The notes under the pieces are model-generated. The model saw nothing but the letters and a program-made list of their open reading frames with translations. It was not told the origin of the DNA and searched no databases. A stretch of DNA of 64,000 bases, taken from the NCBI RefSeq assembly GCF_000737315.1, contig NZ_JMCB01000001.1, forward strand, positions 806,001 through 870,000, read 5' to 3'. This DNA is from Hyalangium minutum. GTDB lineage: Bacteria > Myxococcota > Myxococcia > Myxococcales > Myxococcaceae. The position numbers and the translations under genes were made by a program. Below, piece after piece: positions 16,813-24,600 of the stretch. Numbering within the stretch: the stretch's first letter is position 1; each line of letters begins with the position of its first letter.

Positions 16813-19590
16813 ATGCGCATCATCGGCATCGATCTGGGTACCACCCACTGCGCGGTCGCATCTGTGGACCCCGCCAAGGGTCCCAGCGCGCCCATCGAGG
16901 ACTTTCCCATCCCCCAGCTCGTCCGGCAGGGAGAGGTGGCTCCACGCTCGCTGCTACCCTCGTGCATCTATGTCCCCGCTGGCCATGAGCTCGCCGGCGA
17001 GTCGCTGAAGCTGCCCTGGGGCGACGCGGGGCCCAACGTGGTCGGTGAGTTCGCTCGCTGGCAAGGCGCTCGGGTTCCCGGCCGTCTCGTCGCCTCCGCG
17101 AAGAGCTGGCTGTGCCACCCCGGCGTGGACCGCTCCGCTCCCATCCTCCCCTGGGGTGGCCCCGCCGACGTCGCCAAGCTCTCGCCTGTCGAGGCCAGCG
17201 CCCTCCTGCTCTCACACATGGCCCGGGCCTGGAACTTCGCGCACCCGGACGCCCCTCTCGCGCAGCAAGAGGTCGTCATCACCGTCCCCGCCTCCTTTGA
17301 TGAGGCGGCCCGTGCGCTCACCGTGAGCGCGGCGCGCAAAGCGGGCCTGGAGAAGTTCACCCTCGTCGAGGAGCCCCAGGCCGCGTTCTACGACTACACC
17401 GCGCGCCATCGCACGGATCTGGCCAAGGTGCTCGCCAACGTGCGCCTCGTGCTCGTGGTGGACGTGGGCGGCGGCACCACGGACTTCACCCTCGTCCACG
17501 CCGGGGTCTCTCCGGAAGGGCCCATGCTGCGGCGGCTCGCCGTCGGTGAGCACCTGATGCTCGGCGGCGACAACATGGATGCCGCGCTCGCCCGCCGCGT
17601 GGAGGAGAAGCTCTTCTCCGACGGCCGGCGCCTCTCCGCCACCCAGTGGACCCAGGCCATCCAGGCTGCCCGTACCGCCAAGGAGGCCCTGCTCGGCCCC
17701 AACCCTCCCGAGCGCTACGGCGTTTCCCTCGTGGCCGAGGGCAGCCGGCTCCTCGGTGGCTCGCTGTCCACCGAGCTGATGCGCTCCGAAGCAGAGGATC
17801 GGGTCCTCGATGGCTTCTTCCCCAAGTCCCCCCCCACGGACAGGCCTCGGCGCGCGGCCCGCATGGCTCTCCAGGAGCTGGGCCTGCCTTACGCCCAGGA
17901 CGCTGCAGTCACTCGCCACCTCGCCGCCTTCCTCGGACAACACGCGGCGGCGGGCTTCTCGGCGCTCGGGGAGACGGCTCCTTCCGAAGGCGCCCTGCCC
18001 CGCCCCGATGCCATCCTCCTCAACGGCGGCGTCTTCAACTCGCCCCGCATCTCCGAGCGGCTGGTGGACGCCATCTCCGCATGGTGGCCCAACACCCCTC
18101 GCATCCCCCTGCTGCGCCACGACTCCCTGGAGAAGGCCGTCGCGCGCGGGGCCGCCTACTACGGACTCGTTCGGCGCGGCCACGGTCTGCGCATCGGTGG
18201 CGGCGCGGCCCGCGCCTACTACGTAGGCCTGGAGCGCCCCGCCGACAGCGGTGAGCAGCCTGTCCTCTGCCTCATCCCCCGCGGCTTCGAGGAGGGCCAG
18301 TCAGTAGACCTGGGCGAGCGCCCCTTCACCCTCACCCTCGGGCGGCCGGTGCAGTTCACCCTGTACTCGACCACCAGCGACCGGATCGACAAGCCGGGAG
18401 ACATCGTCCCCCTCGCCGAGGACCTCAAGCCCCTGCCGCCCATCCACACGCTCCTCAAGGGCGCCTCGGGGAAGACGGCGGAGGTGCCCGTGCACCTGCG
18501 CGCCGCGCTCACCGAGATTGGCACCCTGGAGCTGTTCTGCGTCTCCAACGTCGCGGACGAGCGCTGGCGGCTCGAGTTCGAGCTGCGCGGCTCAGGCTCG
18601 GGCCAGGACATCACCGTCACCGAGTCCATGCCCGCCCGCTTCGCCGAGGCGAAGGAGAACGTCGAGCGCGTCTACGGCAACAAGCCGCTGCCCATCGGCC
18701 CCAAGGACGTGAAGCAGCTCTCCAAGACGCTCGAGAAGGTGCTCGGCCCGCGCGAGTCCTGGCGCGTCCCCGTGCTCCGTGAGCTGTGGAGCTCCCTCTT
18801 CGCGGGCGCCAGCAAGCGCCGCCGCACGGCCGACCACGAGCGCGTCTTCTACAGCCTCGCGGGCTACACGCTCCGCCCTGGCTTCGGCTATCCGCTGGAC
18901 CACTGGCGCGCCGAGCAGACTTTCGGCCTCTTCGATCAGCTCGTGCAGTTCCACACGGACAAGGCCGTCTGGATCGAGTTCTGGGTCATGTGGCGCCGCA
19001 TCTCCGGCGGCCTCACGGAAGCGCAGCAGGCCAAGCTCTGGGCTTACCTGGAGCCCCACCTCGCCCGCCGCGTGCCTCCGGACGCGCCTCCCGGCGGCAA
19101 GCTCAAGGGCATCGTGCCCGAGGGCCTCGAAGAGATGGTGCGCGCCGCCGCCTCGCTGGAGCATCTGCCCGCCTCGGACAAGACGAAGCTCGGAGGTTGG
19201 ATCGCCGCCCGGCTCAAGGACGAGGCCAAGTCTGGAGGCCCCTGGGCGTGGTCGCTCGGGCGGCTCGGGGCTCGCGTGCCCCTCTACGGCAGCAGCCACA
19301 AGGTGGTGGCCATCGACACCGCCGAGGCGTGGCTCACGCTCCTCTTGGATTTGGATCTGCGCCGCATCGACGGAGCCCCCTTCGCGGCGGCTCAGCTCGC
19401 GCGGCTCACCGGCGACCGCACCCGGGACATCGATCCCGCCCTGCGCGCTCGCACGGCCCAGGCTCTCACCGCGGCCCAGGCCTCCGAGGCCTGGGTGCGG
19501 ATGGTGAACGAGGTGCTCGCGCTCGAGGCTGCTGACGAGGCCCGGGCCCTGGGCGATACCCTGCCCGCGGGCCTCCGCCTCTCCCTGTAG
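16813..19590 (+). CDS. Atypical Hsp70-family ATPase (B) with about 320-aa Trp-rich helical C-terminal extension (DUF3731-like)
   Basis: Same nucleotide-binding-domain motifs as A (IGIDLGTTHC, EEPQAA, DVGGGTTDF, LGGDNMD, VARGAAYYG), plus a C-terminal domain with LRPGFGYPLDHWR, EFWVMWRRISGGL, WAWSLGRLGARVPLYG. Confidence 0.92.
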   Translation: MRIIGIDLGTTHCAVASVDPAKGPSAPIEDFPIPQLVRQGEVAPRSLLPSCIYVPAGHELAGESLKLPWGDAGPNVVGEFARWQGARVPGRLVASAKSWLCHPGVDRSAPILPWGGPADVAKLSPVEASALLLSHMARAWNFAHPDAPLAQQEVVITVPASFDEAARALTVSAARKAGLEKFTLVEEPQAAFYDYTARHRTDLAKVLANVRLVLVVDVGGGTTDFTLVHAGVSPEGPMLRRLAVGEHLMLGGDNMDAALARRVEEKLFSDGRRLSATQWTQAIQAARTAKEALLGPNPPERYGVSLVAEGSRLLGGSLSTELMRSEAEDRVLDGFFPKSPPTDRPRRAARMALQELGLPYAQDAAVTRHLAAFLGQHAAAGFSALGETAPSEGALPRPDAILLNGGVFNSPRISERLVDAISAWWPNTPRIPLLRHDSLEKAVARGAAYYGLVRRGHGLRIGGGAARAYYVGLERPADSGEQPVLCLIPRGFEEGQSVDLGERPFTLTLGRPVQFTLYSTTSDRIDKPGDIVPLAEDLKPLPPIHTLLKGASGKTAEVPVHLRAALTEIGTLELFCVSNVADERWRLEFELRGSGSGQDITVTESMPARFAEAKENVERVYGNKPLPIGPKDVKQLSKTLEKVLGPRESWRVPVLRELWSSLFAGASKRRRTADHERVFYSLAGYTLRPGFGYPLDHWRAEQTFGLFDQLVQFHTDKAVWIEFWVMWRRISGGLTEAQQAKLWAYLEPHLARRVPPDAPPGGKLKGIVPEGLEEMVRAAASLEHLPASDKTKLGGWIAARLKDEAKSGGPWAWSLGRLGARVPLYGSSHKVVAIDTAEAWLTLLLDLDLRRIDGAPFAAAQLARLTGDRTRDIDPALRARTAQALTAAQASEAWVRMVNEVLALEAADEARALGDTLPAGLRLSL

Positions 19591-19612
19591 CGGCGAGCAG
19601 ATCCCTCCCGGC

Positions 19613-19634
19613 AGGTTGGAGGTGACTCCAACCT
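19613..19634. terminator. 9-bp hairpin between convergent genes
   Basis: AGGTTGGAG-GTGA-CTCCAACCT. Confidence 0.45.
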
Positions 19635-19660
19635 CAGAGGGAATCAAAGCCTTTGGGCGC

Positions 19661-20137
19661 TCAGCCTTCGACCGGAGCCGGAGCGGTCGCGGCCTGGGGC
19701 TCTTCGTCCCCAGGGCCTTCGTCCGCCAGCGCGGCGTCGGCGATCGCTGACTCAGGCAGCTCGGCCTCGGCGGCCATCACCTGCAGCGCGGCCGTGACCT
19801 CTTCAGCGGCGGTGACAGGCGCCTCAGTCTCGGAGGAGACCTCCGGGCTGGTCTCGGCGGCCTTGCCCTTGGGCTTCTTCGTCCCCGCGCCCGAGCGGCA
19901 CGTGCGGCACCAGGGCTGGTTCCGGATGGCACCATCCGCCATCTTGCGCAGCCCGAACTGCGCCAGCGGCTTGAGTGTGCGGCACTTCAGGCACATCAGC
20001 GAGATGAGCACCTCGTGCCCATCCGCATCATAGACCGCCGACTTGCGCTTCTTGCGCGGCTGCCCCTGCTCGCGCGGCTTCGCCTTCTCAGGCGCTGCGG
20101 GCGGCATCATCGGGGTCACTTTGTAAAGCATGTCCAT
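19661..20137 (-). CDS. Small zinc-ribbon (C2C2) protein with basic patch and acidic tail
   Basis: GGGAGGG before ATG 20137; PRKKRKS, CLKC-x26-CRTC, Glu/Ala-rich C-terminus. Confidence 0.7.
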   Translation of the reverse strand: MDMLYKVTPMMPPAAPEKAKPREQGQPRKKRKSAVYDADGHEVLISLMCLKCRTLKPLAQFGLRKMADGAIRNQPWCRTCRSGAGTKKPKGKAAETSPEVSSETEAPVTAAEEVTAALQVMAAEAELPESAIADAALADEGPGDEEPQAATAPAPVEG

Positions 20138-20358
20138 CCCTCCCAGACTTCCAGCACGCGCCCTCGTCTCCCAGGCTCGGACAGAGCCCTCCGACCGGAC
20201 ACGGCATGGCCGTAGAGTAAGGAGGAAATCGGGTTTTGAAAACTGCTCCCGGGCCGAAAAATCGGGCCCGGGGCTGATTCCTCTGAGATCTCGCCGACTT
20301 GGGTGACACCCGGGCACGGACAGGCCGAGGACCCTACCCCACAGGGAATGCGGATCCG

Positions 20359-22176
20359 TCAGGGCGTCTGGGACGCGGGGCAGGGGGTGCCGCTGTCCAC
20401 GTAGGAGATACGTCCCAGGGTGGGCGTGGAGAGGGGCTTCTTGCGGCCCTGCCAGTACGCGATCAGCTCATCCCGGAGCGTCCCAGGGCGCTTCTCACCC
20501 AGATCGATGCGTCCGGGGGGGAGTTGCGCGAGGGCCACCCCCAGCCCATCCCCGCCCCGAGCGAGGAAGTCGGGCATGGTGACGCGGTAGAGCTTCGTGG
20601 GCTCCAGCGGCTTGCCATTGGAGAACGTGGCGCCCAGGAAGCGGCCCGGCCCCTGGCAGCGGCCGAGCTTCACCTGGAGCCCGGAGATCTGAAAGACGCC
20701 CTTCTTCGTGCCATAGGCCACCTCGAGCAGGCGCTTCAGCTCGGCCCCGGACAGGGTGAGGAGCGCCACGGTGTTGTCGAAGGGGAGCACCTCGTAGACA
20801 TCCCCAAAGGTGAGCGGTCCCGCGTCGATGTCCGCGCGAAGCCCGCCGGGGTTCATCAGGGCCACGTCCGCACCCACGGCCTCCCGGAGCGAGTCCGCCA
20901 GGAAGTCTCCGAGGAGGCTCTCGCCCTGGTAGTCACGCTTGAGCGCCACGGGGACGGTGAGCCCCAGCTCCCGGTGCTGCTCCTGCTCCACGCGCGTGAG
21001 CACCGGGGCGATGATCGCCTGCACGGCGGGATCCGGCACCACCGGCTGCCCCAGGAAGGTGGCGGGCACGAGCTTCACCTCCGCCTGATCCTTCAGCTTG
21101 CGCGAGTCACAGCTGCCAGTCGCCGCATCCACCTGGGCGCAGAGGGGAATGCCCGCGTGGATGAGGGTACGCTCCGGCAGCACCCGGTGGCTCACCGGAT
21201 CCACGAACAGCTCGATGTAGCCGAAGGACCGCCCCAGTCCGTACGTCTCGATGACGGGCACGCCGTGGATGAAGTGCCCCATGAGCTGGTGGGTGTGGCC
21301 CGCGATCAGCGCATCCAGGGTGCCCGGGGGCAGTGCATCGAGGACCGCGTAGATCTCCCCGTCCTTCATGTCACAGCTGGAGAGATCCCGAGGATCCTCC
21401 ACACGGGGGCACTTGCCGCCTGCATGGGCCACACCGATGACCACCTGCGCCCCGCGCTCGCGGAGGCGCTTCGAGGCCTCGACAGCGGCCGGAGCCAGCG
21501 GGTCGAAGCGGAGCGAAGTCACGTTGGTGGGGTTGGTCGTCGTGGGCGTGGAGGGCGTGGACAAACCCACGATGCCCACCTTCACGCCCTGGACGGTGAC
21601 GAGCAGCGTGCCGTCATTGCCGAGCCACGCCGGGCGCTGGCCTGACGCGGCCTCGAAGAGGTTGGCGGCCAGGAAGGGGAAGCGTGCCTGCTTGATGCGC
21701 TCCTTGAGCGTACCCAGCGGATCATCGCCGGGCTTGGTGGGCACCGGAGACGGGCCCACGGGGCCATAGTCGAACTCGTGGTTGCCGACGGCCGCGGCGG
21801 TCACCCCCAGGTGGTTGTAGACGTCGACGACGACGGAGCCCTCGGTGAGGTTGGAGGCCAACGTCCCCTGGAAGAGATCTCCGCCGTCGAGCAGCAGCAC
21901 GCCGCCCGGGTTGTCCGCCCGCAGCCGCGCGAGGTAGCTGGCGAAGGTGGCGGCGCCTCCGTCCTCGAGCTGGACGCCGCCCTGGAGCGGCGTGCTGTGC
22001 GGCGCAATCCAGCCGTGCAGATCATTGAGGCCGACCACGGTGAGCCGGAGGGGCTCGGCGGAGGCCACGGGGGCAGGCTGCGCGGGCGCTGCCGCAGGCT
22101 CCGTGGGCTGGGGAGCGCTGCGGCACGCGGAGGCCACAAGGGCGAGCAGTGCGAGAACGGATCGGAGTCGAAGCAT
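20359..22176 (-). CDS. Bifunctional metallophosphatase/5'-nucleotidase lipoprotein
   Basis: Lipobox LVASAC; NDLHG, DGGDLFQG, GNHEFDYG, GHTH; C-terminal domain NPGGLRADI, EVLPFDN. Confidence 0.93.
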   Translation of the reverse strand: MLRLRSVLALLALVASACRSAPQPTEPAAAPAQPAPVASAEPLRLTVVGLNDLHGWIAPHSTPLQGGVQLEDGGAATFASYLARLRADNPGGVLLLDGGDLFQGTLASNLTEGSVVVDVYNHLGVTAAAVGNHEFDYGPVGPSPVPTKPGDDPLGTLKERIKQARFPFLAANLFEAASGQRPAWLGNDGTLLVTVQGVKVGIVGLSTPSTPTTTNPTNVTSLRFDPLAPAAVEASKRLRERGAQVVIGVAHAGGKCPRVEDPRDLSSCDMKDGEIYAVLDALPPGTLDALIAGHTHQLMGHFIHGVPVIETYGLGRSFGYIELFVDPVSHRVLPERTLIHAGIPLCAQVDAATGSCDSRKLKDQAEVKLVPATFLGQPVVPDPAVQAIIAPVLTRVEQEQHRELGLTVPVALKRDYQGESLLGDFLADSLREAVGADVALMNPGGLRADIDAGPLTFGDVYEVLPFDNTVALLTLSGAELKRLLEVAYGTKKGVFQISGLQVKLGRCQGPGRFLGATFSNGKPLEPTKLYRVTMPDFLARGGDGLGVALAQLPPGRIDLGEKRPGTLRDELIAYWQGRKKPLSTPTLGRISYVDSGTPCPASQTP

Positions 22177-22221
22177 GGGGGCGGGCACTTCAGCGCGGAG
22201 CCCGGCCGCTGGCAACCGCCA

Positions 22222-23463
22222 TCACTCCTGCCGGCGGCGCCGCAGCAGCGCGAGCCCTGCCAACCCAAGCAGCAGCGTGCCCGGCACCGAGGCCGTGGCG
22301 CAGTTGCACCCGCTGTCGGGCTCGACGGGGTACGAGGGGCCATCACCGATGCCGCCCCCTCCGACGATGCCACCGTCTCTCCCACCCGTTCCACCATCGG
22401 TCCCACCGTCGGTCGGCACCGGGGTCGACGAGAGCGGAGGGCTGAACGAGCTGGCCACGGTGGCCCAGGCAACGAGCTTGTCGTTCTGCGTGGGATCATT
22501 GATCTCGTCATGCACGGCGACGAGGCCCCCCGGGAAGTCCGGCCCGAGCCACCGGGACGTGGCCTCCACCAGGACCGGGGCGTCCACGCGGTCGATAGCG
22601 CCATTCTGGACCAAGGCGAAGCTGCCCACGACGGCATGAGGAGGAGTGCGCTCATAAATGACGACCTGATCCCCTCCCTCGCTCGCGGCCAGGAGGTAGC
22701 CGGTGCCATCGGGCAGCGCGTAGAGCGACACGCCTCCCAGGGGAGCCGTGAGCGGCGCGCCCACGGAGGCCACGGTGGTGGGAGTGTCGTTGGCGGTGGG
22801 CTCGGCGGAGAAGCGCAAGATGCCGGTGTTCTGCTGAGCGACGAAGAGGAAGCCCTGCTGGTCGTCCGCGACCGCTCCGACAATGGTGCCGCCCACGGAC
22901 AGGCTGCGCACGGGCACGCCATCCACGCCTCCATCCGTCCCGGGGCGCAGCTCGACCTGCTGCAGGGTGCCCGAGGCGTTGGAAGTGAAGGCGTAGAGCA
23001 CCCCGCTGACGGAGCTGCGGTACAGCGTCACCGAGCGCGGGGAGAAGTTTGGCAGGATCAGGTTGCCCGTATCCACGCGGCGCAGCTGCAGCGTGAGCGG
23101 ATCCACCACATACGCAGTGAGCGCCTGGAGCGTGCCATTGGCCACCACCACGAGGGGCGCGGTGCCACCCTGCAGGGTGAAGCCATCGCGCACGTCCACG
23201 CCGGAGGCCACACCGTCCGAGAGCAGGGCCTGCCGCTCCCCTCCGTTCAAACCGAAGCTGACAAGCCCCACTGTGGGGTCTGCCACGAGCAGCAGGCTCT
23301 GCGCCGGAGTGCCGGGGTTGACCCATAGGGCTGTATCCTGGGTGGCGGAGCCACCGCGGACGACGGCCTGGGTCTCGACTGTCGGTTGGACGCTGACCGG
23401 CTGGGCCGCGGCGGCAAAGCCTACGAGAAACACGGGTAGAACGAGGCGGGTGGAAACACGCAT
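22222..23463 (-). CDS. Beta-propeller phytase-like protein with MYXO-CTERM sorting signal
   Basis: Signal peptide; QDTALWVNP, GVDVR, YLLAASEG, GGLVAVHD phytase-like blades; C-terminal GCNCATASVPGTLLLGLAGLALLRRRRQE. Confidence 0.8.
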   Translation of the reverse strand: MRVSTRLVLPVFLVGFAAAAQPVSVQPTVETQAVVRGGSATQDTALWVNPGTPAQSLLLVADPTVGLVSFGLNGGERQALLSDGVASGVDVRDGFTLQGGTAPLVVVANGTLQALTAYVVDPLTLQLRRVDTGNLILPNFSPRSVTLYRSSVSGVLYAFTSNASGTLQQVELRPGTDGGVDGVPVRSLSVGGTIVGAVADDQQGFLFVAQQNTGILRFSAEPTANDTPTTVASVGAPLTAPLGGVSLYALPDGTGYLLAASEGGDQVVIYERTPPHAVVGSFALVQNGAIDRVDAPVLVEATSRWLGPDFPGGLVAVHDEINDPTQNDKLVAWATVASSFSPPLSSTPVPTDGGTDGGTGGRDGGIVGGGGIGDGPSYPVEPDSGCNCATASVPGTLLLGLAGLALLRRRRQE

Positions 23464-23601
23464 GACAGCCTCCTGGGTCGCGTCCCTACGTAGCCACCGG
23501 CCCGAGGGGCTGCAAGCACTCCTTTCCCCAACGGTTGGCGCAAGGCAGAGCGTCGAGTACAACCTCACGGCTTTTCTTCAGGGAACACTCTGGGGCGTGA
23601 G

Positions 23602-24519
23602 ATGCGAATCCTGGTCACGGGCGCGGATGGCTTCGCGGGACGGCACCTATGCGAGCTGCTGCGCGCGGCGGGCGATGAGGTGGTGGAGGTGTACGGCCCA
23701 CGCGCCGAGGGCGTGAACAGCGACGCGCAGAACTTCGACATTGCGAACGAGGCGGCGGTGCGCACGGCGGTGGAGAACGCCCGGCCGGAGGGGATCATCC
23801 ACCTCGCGGGCTTCAGCTCGGTGGTCCGCAGCCACGGCAACCCGGCACGCGTGTTCGCGGTCAACGCGCTCGGAGCCGTCAACCTGCTGACGGCAGCAAG
23901 AGACCTGTGCCCCAAGGCCCGCGTGGTGCTGATCAGCTCCGGCGAGGTGTACGGCCCCTTGCCCGAAGGCATCCGCGCTGGGGAGCGGGAGCCCGTCCTT
24001 CCTCTCAACCCGTATGCCAGCTCGAAGGTCGCTGCGGAGATCGCGGGCCTGCAGTTCCACCGGAACTACGGGCTTCACGTGGTCGTCGCCCGGCCCTTCA
24101 ACCCCCTGGGAGCGGGACAGGCTCCCACCTGCGCGGTGCCCTCGTTCGCCGCTCAGCTCTGGGCCATCCAGAAACGCAAGGCGGAGTCCGTGGTGCGCAC
24201 GGGCGACCTGGCGGTGATCCGGGACTTCTCCCATGTCCGGGACGTGGTGGCGGCCTACCGGCTCCTCGTGACGAAGGGCGAAGCGGGCCAGACGTACAAC
24301 ATCTGCAGCGGCACGGGCCGCACGATCCGGTCCGTGCTGGAGGAGATGATGGCGCTGGCGAAGGTCTCCGCCCGCGTTGAAGTGGATCCGGCGCGGCAGC
24401 GGCCCACCGACATGCCCCGCCTCGTGGGTGTCCCGGACAAGCTGCGAGCGCTCGGGTGGGAGCCCCGTTACTCGGTGACCGACGCATTGCGCGAGGCACT
24501 CGGCCTGCGCCAGGCCTGA
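23602..24519 (+). CDS. NAD-dependent sugar epimerase/reductase, Rmd-like (GDP-4-keto-6-deoxymannose reductase)
   Basis: LVTGADGFAG, HLAGFS, SSGEVYG, NPYASSK (YxxxK), RDFSHVRDVV, YNICSG. Confidence 0.8.
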   Translation: MRILVTGADGFAGRHLCELLRAAGDEVVEVYGPRAEGVNSDAQNFDIANEAAVRTAVENARPEGIIHLAGFSSVVRSHGNPARVFAVNALGAVNLLTAARDLCPKARVVLISSGEVYGPLPEGIRAGEREPVLPLNPYASSKVAAEIAGLQFHRNYGLHVVVARPFNPLGAGQAPTCAVPSFAAQLWAIQKRKAESVVRTGDLAVIRDFSHVRDVVAAYRLLVTKGEAGQTYNICSGTGRTIRSVLEEMMALAKVSARVEVDPARQRPTDMPRLVGVPDKLRALGWEPRYSVTDALREALGLRQA

Positions 24520-24600
24520 AGGCTGCTTCGATCCAAGCCCTCCTGTTCGCGGCAATACAGGCACGGCCCTGCCCCCCGCAGGTTCTGCCCAGGAGGATTC

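Noticed and set aside
17240-17250. HPD tripeptides (Hsp70-B, and the GGDEF-like protein near 60150) as J-domain motifs
   Set aside because: Neither lies in a helical-hairpin J-domain context; these are chance occurrences.
14935-19590. Calling either Hsp70 dnaK or hscA
   Set aside because: GGDNMD replaces GGEDFD, there is no canonical substrate domain or lid, and no dnaJ, hscB or isc context.
23602-24519. GDP-mannose 4,6-dehydratase (gmd)
   Set aside because: It lacks the GITGQDG signature; TGADGFAG and the shorter length fit Rmd-like reductases/epimerases.
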